A stretch of 64,000 nucleotides of DNA from positions 7,556 to 71,555 of the forward strand of contig JAQGDQ010000996.1 in NCBI GenBank assembly GCA_030141605.1. Direction: 5' to 3'. The notes beneath the pieces are model-generated. The model searched no databases, had not been told where the DNA came from, and saw only the letters and a program-made list of their open reading frames with translations. Positions 39,601 through 51,600 of the stretch are shown here, piece after piece (the stretch's first letter is position 1; each line of letters starts with the position of its first letter). The DNA is from Tubiluchus corallicola. Taxonomy: Eukaryota > Animalia > Priapulida. The translations under genes and the position numbers were made by a program.

Positions 39601-42600
39601 AAGGAACATGTGGGCTGGGCCTCGGCCCGAGTCTGCAATAGGCTCCTGAGTCTCAGTAGAACTCAACTCAACATGGTTATACAGGTCCTAACCGGACACT
39701 GTAATCTCCAAAAACATAAAAAAACCACTTGTCGAGCACAATCCGCGATTTGCCCGAAATGTGGTCAGGAAGACGAAACACCGGACCATCACGTGGGACG
39801 ATGCACCGCCTACCAGGGTGCTCGTATCAAATGTCTGGGAAATAAAAATACAACACTTAGAGCAGCTGTAGAGAATTTAAACCTGAAAAAACTAGCGGCG
39901 TATCTGAAGCAAGCTGGAAGGCTTGCCGAGTACGACCAATAGACGTATAGCAGTGAATAATTGCAATGGGCCTGTTGAAGGCCTCAGCAAAGTGTCGGGG
40001 GGTGGGATTTCTCCATCCTATACAATCTCCCCGACACCACTGCCCCCCTAATAATAATGTAGCCATTCCTGCTTACTCAAAATGTAGAGTTATTTATTAC
40101 TCAGTGGCACGTACTGTCCCGCCAGGCAGAAATTTCACTAAACAACGTTGTCATTGATAATTTAGCACAGAGAAATACTTGAACAGACAAGAAACAATTC
40201 AATGAGGTAATGAATGTAACAGAGCTTCTCCACACACAGGTTAAAATTAAGTTCACCGGCAAAGTAAAATAAAGTAGGATCTACAGCCATGTTAGCCATC
40301 TACTTACATTCGTTCACGCGTTGCCTGTTGCTGAGTAATTTTACTGATACAGCGAAGTCGGTAGTTTTCGTAATGCACATCGCGCGTGATTTCTTTCAAG
40401 TCCTGCATATGTGTCCTGAAACGTGAAGGAAACTTATTGATTTTTGCCACTGTAATCATTAGTTCAGTATAATCTGCAGTGTCACACCAAGCTTAATCTA
40501 AAGCACTATGTAAAGTAAAAAAAATAAGCTGGTGAAAATTGGAACTTGTTTTAGTAAATTACATATTTTCACAAGAGAAAATAACATCTCTACTCATTCA
40601 CGGTTCAGTCAGCATTTTAAAGAGAAGGGCACAAAGCTTCTGGTGACTTAGTAATAATGCAATAATATAATTTAATTAACTGGTGTGATGTCTTAAACAG
40701 AAGTGCAAATACGAAATATAACTGCTTGTGGTGTCTTAGCAGAAATGCAAGATTCAGCCTAACTGCTTGTCAGAAATGCGAGATTTCAATTTAACTGTGT
40801 GTGGCATCTTAGCAGAAATGTAATCATATAATCTAATGAGGTATTTCAATACAAAACTTAATACAAGATGAACACACTGTTCATATACTTTTGTCAGTAA
40901 AAAAAAATCTCTTGCGATGGAAGAAACTGTTTCAAGTGGCAAGAAAAATCCATGAACAGATTCTTTAACTTTTCACTAATTACTTAATTGATTCTTGGGG
41001 CCATTTTGCAAAGCTGTCAACAGTAATGATGTTCAGTACAGCGCAAAGTTACCCTATTAAAAATGTCCTCAATTTCGTGAAGTCCGAATGCTTCGAGTTC
41101 TCCACTTCAATAATACCCCACGGATACTGTCGACCACGTACGCGTTTACCGTTCACCTCGATCACCGTGTTGCTGGCGATGACGGCAAATGGAATGGAAG
41201 ACTGAAAAATAAAAATGGAAAACATGATATAAAAGAATGAAAACAAAGTACAACAATAGCAATGTTGTATTTTTTATTAAAGCACTTGATCAGCATCGTC
41301 GGAATGATAAATTCATAAAGCAGAAGAAAAATTACAATGAGTCATATTTAACGAGAAAGACAAGGGAATTTTAAATCAAGTCCTAAAGTTGAGCTTATTG
41401 ACAATATAACGTAAATAAAACTTTTGCTTAGTTAGTGAAGTGTGCACTACGAATGCTCTGACTATTTTTTTATGCAACATTATCTAAACTGACTCAAAAC
41501 GATTTACGCTTAAAATGGCAGTGTTAATGGTAAACATAAAAACATTGTGACATAAAAAAATTGTGTTTCACTGCATAATTTGTTGTTCTTTATGTAACTG
41601 TCATCAGATCTCGTCATTTATGTATAGAAGGGTTGAATTTCTGCCTTCTATTTAGCTTGCTGTCTGGAGGAGGGTTTAGAGTTTCTATGCTGGAAAACGC
41701 TCAATATCGCCTAACTCGAAATATTGCCTCAAAGTCTTGTTTTTGATCCGGTAGGATTTGAGCTATGTGGAGTTTACTGTACTAAAGATCGGATAACGGG
41801 TATACAGTAGGCAGTGTCAGTAGCCAGCAGTAAAGTCAGAAGTTCTATGCAAATAAAAAACCTAATAAACATGGAAAACAGACAGGCTTACTTATAAAGT
41901 TCTCTGCTGTCTTACTAAACAATATTGACTCTTTTAGGGCTTACGAACAATATGGAAAAGATGAACTATGTCACAATGCAAACTTGTTAACCTGTTATGC
42001 TGAATCAAGGGCTTTGAAGGAAAAGTTGAGTCTTCAGGCAGCCAGGTTTATTTCAATGTTTGCAAAAAATGTCAATGGGGATTTATTTATAAAAGTGCGA
42101 TGAGTGCATCATGTAATTAGTAAAATTAATTTAAAGTCGTAATCAGTTCACACTAGGGCTCTCCCATTTTGAACACCCATTTTCCACCAATGAGCGTCAT
42201 TCACCAACTAAAGAAAAGCAGCGCACTGTCAATCTCTGTCAAACGTATAATAAGTTTGCACAAAAAAAAATTGGTAGTCTATTTTGTGAGAGTTTTGCAT
42301 GAACATTGGGTAAGCTGCAGAAGTTCGAATTAGTTTAAGCAGCGTACGCTCATGAAAAGTCTCAAAGTCCACCAGTTGCGTCATAATGTCCAAGTGAATG
42401 GTGACTATCACTGCGCCTGAAATATTCTGTTTAGCGGTAATACAAAATAACTTTATTGCTTTATAGGCGAAAAAGTCTAGATGAATTTAGTAATTAAACT
42501 GCAATAAATGCCTCGTGTAACTAGTAAAATCACTTTAAAGTGGCGATCACTTCATGCTTGGGCGCTCCCATTTTCAATGCGCGTTTAAGGAAAGCCACGA

Positions 42601-45600
42601 TGCGTTTACGAAGAGTCATGAAGTCTCACAGTTACGTCATGATTTTCAAGTGAATGGTGGCAAACATCACGCATGAAAATTTCTATTCAGAGGTAGTATA
42701 TTTTAAATTTATACTTCATAGGCAGTTCCTTGCAAATTTCTTTGCATACTTTTCTAAGTTTAAGAGATAAGAGTAATATAAACCCAAGATGCTAAATGAC
42801 TTGACTTTTCCTTTAATGAGCAACCAATTATGGTTTAAATTAAGCGAACCTTCATTGAACGATCTTGCTGGATAAATTCATCGTCTTCGTCACTATCACA
42901 CTCTGGGAATGTATAGATTTGTATTTTATGCTTGGAAATTTCTTGCACAACCTAAAATTAATAAATAATAAATTGATAAACTTCAAAAATTAAGAAAGGA
43001 AAATTATATTACAATTAAAGCACCAAAACTGTCGTCAAAATTATTCAATGACAAATCTTCGTAATAGCAGCAAGTAATTCTGTTTAATTAATTATACAAA
43101 GTTGTCATCATTTTGCATTTGAAATATTGAACCAGTAGTTGCCATGGTTACTCTGTGGCTAGTTTTTAATAAAGTCTAATACTGTAGATTCCCTACCCGT
43201 TCTTTTAACTTTTTCAGTTCAGCCGGTGTAAGAACATCCGCTTTGGCAATGATTGGCACCAGGTTTACTTTATCATGCAGGTGTTTCATGAATTCCACAT
43301 CTACCTGCCGAAGACTAAAAAAACAAAGACACGTTGTACAATTATTTCTGTCGCATTGCTATGCATACTGTAGAATGTTGTACAACCCAAGAAGTTGACA
43401 CGACGTGACACGATGCATTGCAAAACTCATTAACTGAAAATTACTAAATTTACAAGACACTTGGAATGAATCCATTGCAATGTCACTTTTGTCAGGATTT
43501 CGAATTTTTGAAGTGCAGTTTAATAGATAAACTATTGTTCATTACATAAACAAATTAACAATAAGCAGGCCGTCGAGAAAATATTCGGCCCCCTCCCTCA
43601 CCTGTACATGGGCAGGAAGACTATAAAATATAATAATATTCAATAATCCTTATGTCTTAATATCTGAAGTATGTTTATTCACAGTGAACCATGATACGTC
43701 CCAGTTCATTTTCTGCTCAATAAAGGGGATTTTTTGGCCTTTTCCCTGCAAAACAACGAGTAACTTCGTCAAAATTGACTTTCATTGTAAGTTCAGCTTC
43801 AGTACTCAAATCTTTCCATGTCTACTAGCCATCACTGTGTCATTGTGGGCCTATGAGCGCTCTGCTGAGGCAACAGTTGCAGGTATTGTAAGAAGAATAC
43901 GCATTTGTAGGTAAGCATCTGATTCAGATCGGCACGAATACTGGTCATGCCAATCTAAAAAATTAAATATTTATGGACCCCAGGATCTCACGGGCCTGGG
44001 CTAATGTACCGGCAGCACCCCCCTCTCCTTGGGCCTGGCAATGACAGTAGAAAATCATCATCTAAAAAGTTTGATAAACATATTGCAATGCAATACAGAA
44101 ACCAGTGAACACAATCATCAGGCACTTGTAAAAGAAGGAAAATTCTTCATCATGTAACAAGGAAGGATTATTTTACTTAAAGCATACATAGAGAAAGACA
44201 GATGCAAATGCTTAGAAATACATGTCCATCATCATCCTGCCCAGGAAAGCACTGACAGCATATGTACTCTTAACAACTAAACTGTATTTAAAATAAAATG
44301 TTTATTGATAAAAAAATTTCATGCCGGGCATCAGAGAAATGGGATACTTGCAAGAACATCTTTAGTTTGTACTACTTAGAAATATTGTTTGCTCAGTCTT
44401 ACCCGTGCCCATAAGGTGAGATGAAGTAAAGACAACAGTGCACTCTATTATCTACGATGTTTTTCCTGTTTAACCCGCTCTCATCCTTGAAATACTGCTC
44501 AAACGACTCCTCTATGTAGTTGTGTATCGGCTGCCAACTGAAAAATACAAACAAAATTAGGATCATCATTATTGTTGGTGGTGGTGGCACGTGACAACAA
44601 CAACAACAACAGCATTGTTACAGCAACAACAGTGATTACAATGATGACAAAAGGCGACGGCAATAATTAGCTAATGGTGACACAAAGGAAAGCAATTATG
44701 ACAATGACAACAACAAGAGCAAAAAGTATGATGGTGCAACAATGACAGCAGCAGCAACAGTAACAGCAAATATGATGACAGTGATGGTAATGTTGACAAC
44801 AGCATAAAGATTATGATGATAACAGTGACAGTGAGATATGGCACATTACATTGTGCCATACATGTTTATGGAGTGTAACAGACCAATCTGCATAAAACCA
44901 CCAATCAAGTTCAGCTTTATACATAGCCAGCAAGCACATCAAAGTACAGTGATGTCAAAGCACAGTGATGTAACTAACCAATCAAATCAAAGTACAGTGA
45001 TGTAACTAACCAATGAAATCAAAGTATAGTGACGCAACTAACCAATCAAATCAAAGTACATGTGACGACCACTGGCACCATTTTTGACTCTCTATGGTGT
45101 ATTGTATAAAAGAATAAATAGTTTTGTCAGGAATGCAAAATAGGGGTTGCCTTTTACTTTATCCGAGCACGCCAGAGTTCATCACATGTGGATAAAAACA
45201 ATTTTTAATACTAATTTTTTTAAGGCAAGGGGTTTTTATCCAGACTTTTTTAACGAGGGTCCTAGTAGTTTGATTAAAACTGATGCTATTTTAGGCCATT
45301 ATAATTTGTACTTAGAAATGACGAGGACGAACAGGAGGACAAACAAACGTTATTGCTTTGTTTATAAAAAAACGTGTAAAAATTATTTAGTGGTAATTTC
45401 AAAAATAATATTTCTACAAATCACTTACATACATACATATAACGCAAGAATTCAGTTAACCCCATCCCAGGTATAATAGGAAGAGAGGAGAGGATAATTA
45501 CCGAAGAGTTCCATTGTCGCTGCAGCTGTACCAATGGGCTAGCCTCAGGTCGTGATACCGTGGGTCCAGTTATCCAGGATCACATCTCAAGAATCAAGAA

Positions 45601-48600
45601 ACCACACTGCTGGGGCTCACGCATTGCAGACTCCACCACCAGGGTGTTAGAAACACGGATCCAGGGTCTCGAAACGTCTCCGTTTACTCCTATACTGTAG
45701 GAGTCAGCAAATGACGGAGGAAAGGAGAAAAGTTCCTCGTTCCCAGTCTTCAACTAGGCAACCTCCTTAGGCAGTTCCAAACTCCACCCAACAACCGTCA
45801 TGATCTACGTGGCCAGATTACGAACACGACGAAGTTTCCTGCATACTAGTAACACTGCCTAGGAACCGTTTGGTTTCCTCTCAGAGAAATTTGATTACAC
45901 TGAGAACACCAAAACTAGCGAACTCATTATGAGATCTCAAAAGTTACGAGACCTCAAACCTGCTGCAACAAAACGCGTAGCTTCAAAAACAGCTCAAACC
46001 CGCAATGGCGACAGTAAGGAAAAATCACGGTTCAATGCTTTTCCAGGAGCGCGAAAATTATCCTGTAACCATTCAAGACATGTGACAGGAAGATCGCCAT
46101 CAAACAGGGAAAAGGGGAGAGGTATTAAAGGATGGACAGAAAACCAACCCAAACATAAAAAAGAAATGAATATTTTATTTGGAGTACAAAATGAACTTTA
46201 GCATAATTTTAATACGGACGAGGACGTCTGTGACGTCACAGAAGCCCTCCCCCAAGAGTGTGGTAACACTCTTAACCAATGGACGTATTAAAAGTATCTG
46301 GAGTGCATTTTGGTACAACATACATACATCATGGACACAATGCCACAGATCCTAACTACTATATTGGAACAGGGGTCACAAATCTCTATTACTATTAAAA
46401 GTATATACAATAGCACACACAAAAAGAAACAAAAAAAAAATTGCAACTGACAGGTCATTGAACCAATATGAAAAGAATTGGTAATGGTAATGTCAATCAT
46501 TGCATTACAAAATTACAATATAACTCAAAAGAACGTCACCAAAGTTTAGTACTTGCACAAACACAGTTCACAAAATTCTCCTGAGAGAAGCCGAAAGAAG
46601 ATACCCTAAAATGGTTATATAAATCACATTAAAGGTTAAATGTACATGGTACTAAAAATACACTGCTAGCAGATTTTAACAGTGTGAGTGCTCAATGATC
46701 ACACTGGGCTTCAACTCAAACATGGATATGTCCTCAAAGCAGGAAATCCTAGCTATGATTAACAATAACAATGTCGTCTCACAAACAACAAGAATTGTAA
46801 CCAAACATCGCTCAACGTCCTTCCATATGAATACAAGGAAGGGTGACTACGATAAGAGCAAATTGTGAAGAGTAATTTGTATTTGGTAACAATAAAGTAA
46901 GAGAAAAACTCTCACCTACCTAATGACTACACAGTAATACAAATAATTTTCATATTCGTCAGTGCAGCTAGAATTAGCAACAATAAACATCAACTAAAGC
47001 ATCTATATACATCACTACTACAAGAATTCCATTACATCAATATATAAATCGTGAAAGTGTCAAGTGACTCAATGTGAGCCAAAAATCAATGTTTAACGCT
47101 AAAAACAAGACTATCAGATACTATGCGATCTACGCAAGGGAAGAAGCGTTCTCCATTTTTGAATTACAAACGCGACAGAGCATCCGCAACTCTGTTTTCA
47201 CAACCAGGGACATGTTCTATATCAAATGCATATTCACTCAATTTAAGTGCCCAGTGGCATAATCTACGATTTTTCGTTTTCATTTTATCTAATGCAAGCA
47301 AACTGCGCTGATCAGTACGAACAGTAAAATGTCGACCTTCCAAGTAGTATCTTAGTTTCTCAACACTGAACACTACACTCAAACATTCAAGCTCCACCAC
47401 AGAGTACCTAGTCTCTGGCTGAGTCAACTTGCGACTAATATATGTTATTGGCACTTCAGCTAACCCGTCTCCCTTATCTTGAGACAGAACAGCCCCTAAA
47501 CCGATAAAGCTAGCATCAGTGGTTAGGTAAAAGGGCTTAGTAAAGTCTGGTGAATGGAGTACGGACTCGGAAGATAATGCATCTTGAAGCTGACGAAAGC
47601 TACTTTCAGTGGCCTCAGTCCACTCAACTTGGACGGGGGCATACTTTTCAGTAAGAGCATGGAGAGGCGCAGCGATGCTACTAAAATGGGGGATAAAACG
47701 CCTATAAAAACTGACCATACCCAAAAACCTGCGCACCTGCGTTTTTGTCTGTGGGCGCAAAAATTGACGTATCCGTTCCACTTTGGATAATTGTGGTTTA
47801 AGTCTATTTTTCCCCCACTACATATCCCAGGAATTCGACTTCCTGTTGTGCAAAATGACATTTTTTAGGTTTAACTGTCACTCCAGCCTTGCGAATGTTG
47901 TAAAGTGTGTAATCAACATGCTTTAAATGATCAGTCCAGTTTGGAGATTTAATGATAACATCATCAATATACCCACTAGAACAATATGAAACCGGATCTA
48001 ATATGCGGTCAATAAGAGACTGAGCCGAGGCTGCAGCATTCATTAACCCAAAAGGCATAACAGTAAACTCAAATTTACCGAAATTAGTAACAAAGGCTGA
48101 AACAGGCTGAGATTCCGGGGCCAATTCAATTTGCCAATAGGCTTTTGACAAATCTAGAGTTGATATCCACTTTGCGCCATTAAGATCATCAATCATGTCG
48201 TCTGGACGTGGTGTTGGATAAGGTGAAAATATTGTTCTCTTGTTCAAGGCTCTGTAATCAACACATGGACGCCACTGGCTAACACCATCCATAGGAGGCT
48301 TGGGAACAACTAGCATTGGAGATGAATACTCGGAATCCGAACGACGAATGACACCCAAATCTAACATATCTTTGATTTCTTTACGGATAATATCTAAACG
48401 AGCTTGCGGTACTCGATAAGAATGCTGTTGGACAGGGGTCTTGTCATGAAGGTTAATGTAATGTTGAACCAATTTTGTTCTGCCGGGAAGATCGGTAAAC
48501 ATCTGGGGGTATGAATGGAATATGTTCCTCATTTGTTCCTTAGCTTCCTCAGATAAATAGTCAGGCAATTCGACATCCTCCACAGATTGTGTGGCAACTG

Positions 48601-51600
48601 CAGTTGGGAAAAATGCATACTCTGGAAGATCACAAGCTTCGGTTTTGCCAGAACCTATCTTGTTACAAGTCTCTTCAACTTCTTGCCAGTTAATAGAAGC
48701 ATCATCCCTGTCTTCATTGTGTAGAGCCATAAGAACAAGTTCTTCTTCTCTATCAATGTAAGCTTTAAGTCTGTTAGCATGAAACGTACTTAAGCTTCTC
48801 CTACTTCCAGGCTTACCTAGCTTGACTCGATAAGTGCATTCAGAGAGTTTGTCAACTATGGGGTATGGACCACGCCATGTAGTTGCCATCTTACTACCCT
48901 TTTTCATCCGTTGAACAAGGACTTTATCACCAATATTGAAACTACGTTGCTTAGATACACGATCAAACCAAGATTTTTGAGCAAGTTTAGCCCTCCTAAG
49001 AGAATTGTGTGCATCCTCTAAGGTTTCATCCAATGTGTTTATGATACGGGAGACGTAGTCATCCACGTCTTCCAGCTCAGGTGGTTTCTCACAACCCCAC
49101 CGCTCTTTCAGCATAGCTAAAGGGCCCCGCAGTGGGTAACCAAAAACTAATTCATTGGGGGAGTAATGAGTAGATTCCTGGGGAACTTCACGATAGGCAA
49201 ACAGAACGAATGGAATAGCCAAATCCCAAGGAAGGTGGGGATGATCTTGAATAAGTTTTCTGATAGAGGCTTTGAGTGTGGAATTGTATCGTTCAACAAG
49301 ACCATTGGTTGAAGGGGCATAAGCAGAAGTATAGATACCTTTGACCCCAAGCTGTTCTTCCAACTGCTGAGTAAGCTTGGAAGTGAACTGAGTTCCTCTA
49401 TCAGTCAGTATTTCTTTTGGAATGCCATATCTGCAGCAAAATTCTACCAGTTTGCTTAGAATAGTTGTTGTTTCAATATTCGGGATGGGATAGCAATCCG
49501 GATAACGAGTGGCGTGATCTACAATCACTAAAGCGTACTTATTCCCATCTGGAGTACGACTAAGAGGACCTATGATGTCCATGCCAATGCGGAAAAATGG
49601 CTGCTTTGGTATTGGTAAAGGACGGAGAGGAAGCCTATCACCTTTCTGTAAACGACCATTTTTCTGACATGAAGGGCAAGAACGGCAGTAACTCCGCACA
49701 GCGTGTTTTATCTTGGGCCAAATGTATTCCATAAGAATACGGTCTGCTGTTTTCCTAATGCCTAGGTGACCCGCCATTTTGTTATCATGAGCAATTTCAA
49801 GGACTTGGCGCCGACGAGATTTAGGAAGAACTAAAAGTTCTCTAGGTTTGCCAGCCTTAGTGTGCTTACAGAGATAATAAAGCATTCCATCTTTAAGGAA
49901 ATATCCTTTTCCATTCTGCTCTGCAATTTCAAATGTTGTAGCGTGATCAATGTAGTTTGCTAATGAAGGGTCATTATGTTGTTCTTGTTTGAGTTGTTCA
50001 AACGAGACAGTAATCAACTGAGCCTGCTCTTGTTTGAATTGTTCTAGGTTAGAATGTTCTTGTGTAGAATATGTACTGTGTTCAAGTTGTTTATGTAACT
50101 CTTGATCACGTACTGCTTTAGCCTGCAGTTCTGCAGCTTTTGTACGTGTAACTGCAAAACTATCAGAGATTTGTGGATCGCTAGACAATTTCGATTGTTC
50201 GTTGTCTGAGATTTGTGTATTATTTCCAGCTGGGCCTTCATGAAGGTTTGATTCATCATTGGGTGTAAAAGGCCTCAGTGTAGATAAATAATCATTGCCC
50301 AATAAAAGCTCTGCTGGGAGGTCAGACATCACACTAACTGTAAGCCAACCAGCGAAGTTAGGACCTACAACTTTAATCTCTGCTGTACGACATGGCTCGA
50401 CATGACCATGCACATATCTAACAGGTTTAGGGTCAGACTTCAGATACTGATCTTTATCAACAAAACGTGGGTGGATCATAGAAACTGTGGCACCACTGTC
50501 TCTTTGCCCCAAAACAGGAATGTCATTCACAAGAGCCTCAAACATAAACGGTATATTATTAACTGGAATGTCTTGAAGTTTGTTAGAACTAGTGTATGTT
50601 GATTCATGATCACAACTACCAAACAAAGTCTTAACCGGAGTCCCAGTTTTATTTCTGCTGGTTTTGTTTGCCTTGTTAACAGTATTAGTTGCATTTTGCC
50701 CATTGTTATTTTGGTGATTGTTACGCTGTGATGCTTGGCACTCTGGTCTTCTGTGACCAGGCTTACCACATTTATAACAAACTATCTTCTGTTTGTCATC
50801 AAGTTTATTATCAGAAACGTTTACTAAGGTATTGTTATTGTAAAGTTGTTTCTGAGAAAATTTTCCTGTTTTCCAGGGAGTAAAAGAGTGATTCCTAGAG
50901 TCAACCTCCTTGGAGCTAATAAATTTGTCAGCCTCCATGGCCATTTCAAGGCCATTCTCAAATTCATGTCTCTTTAGCCATGTTCGGACATCAGATGTTA
51001 AATTATCCATAAACTGTTCCATAGCCATGGCTTCAAAAAGCTTGGAATAGGAATCAACAGCATTAATTGCTTCACAGAAATCGGTTAATGCACGAACCAC
51101 TTTTAACCAATACTGATGACATGTTTCGTTGTGACCCTTAGTAAGAGCCCTAAAGCGTTTCCGGTAAGCATCTGTTGTTAAAATGTAAGCAGCTAAAAGA
51201 GACTTCCTTACATAAGAATAATCTTTAATATGCTCCTTAGGTATTTGCTGATATGCGTCAGCAGCTCGGCCAGATAGAGCAGGACCTAAAAGGGCAGACC
51301 AATTTGCCTCGGGAATATCATTAGATGTAGCACATGATTCAAACCAATTCAAATATCTCTGAATGTCATCAGAAGATTCACGAAAACCTCGGACTTTCAT
51401 TCTATTAGATGGGTTGGCAGGTACAACACAAGTATTTGTCAAAGCCGTACTTCTGTTTAAAAGTTCTAATTTCCTTAACTCAAATTCCATCTCTTCCTTG
51501 CGCATGCGCTCAGCACGTTCACCTTGTTCTTTTTCATGCTGCAAAATGTCACGAACCAAATCAGGATTCATACCTTGAAGATTCTCAAGAGAAAACCCAG

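Larger units (their letters stand above)
34470..40054 (+). mobile_element. Full-length LOA-like non-LTR retrotransposon with RNase H, antisense in a septin intron
   Basis: TSD TAATGTAGCCAT at 34458-34469 and 40055-40066; 3' end in (TAA)n; two ORFs; visibly GC-richer than the flanks. Confidence 0.9.

Noticed and set aside
45929-46201. Identical 90-aa + strand ORF in both LTRs (also 53603-53875)
   Set aside because: The identity simply reflects LTR duplication; antisense to the element with no recognisable domain
46255-47160. Possible env or extra gene between pol and the 3' LTR
   Set aside because: Only a 70-aa low-complexity ORF; no env-like length or motifs
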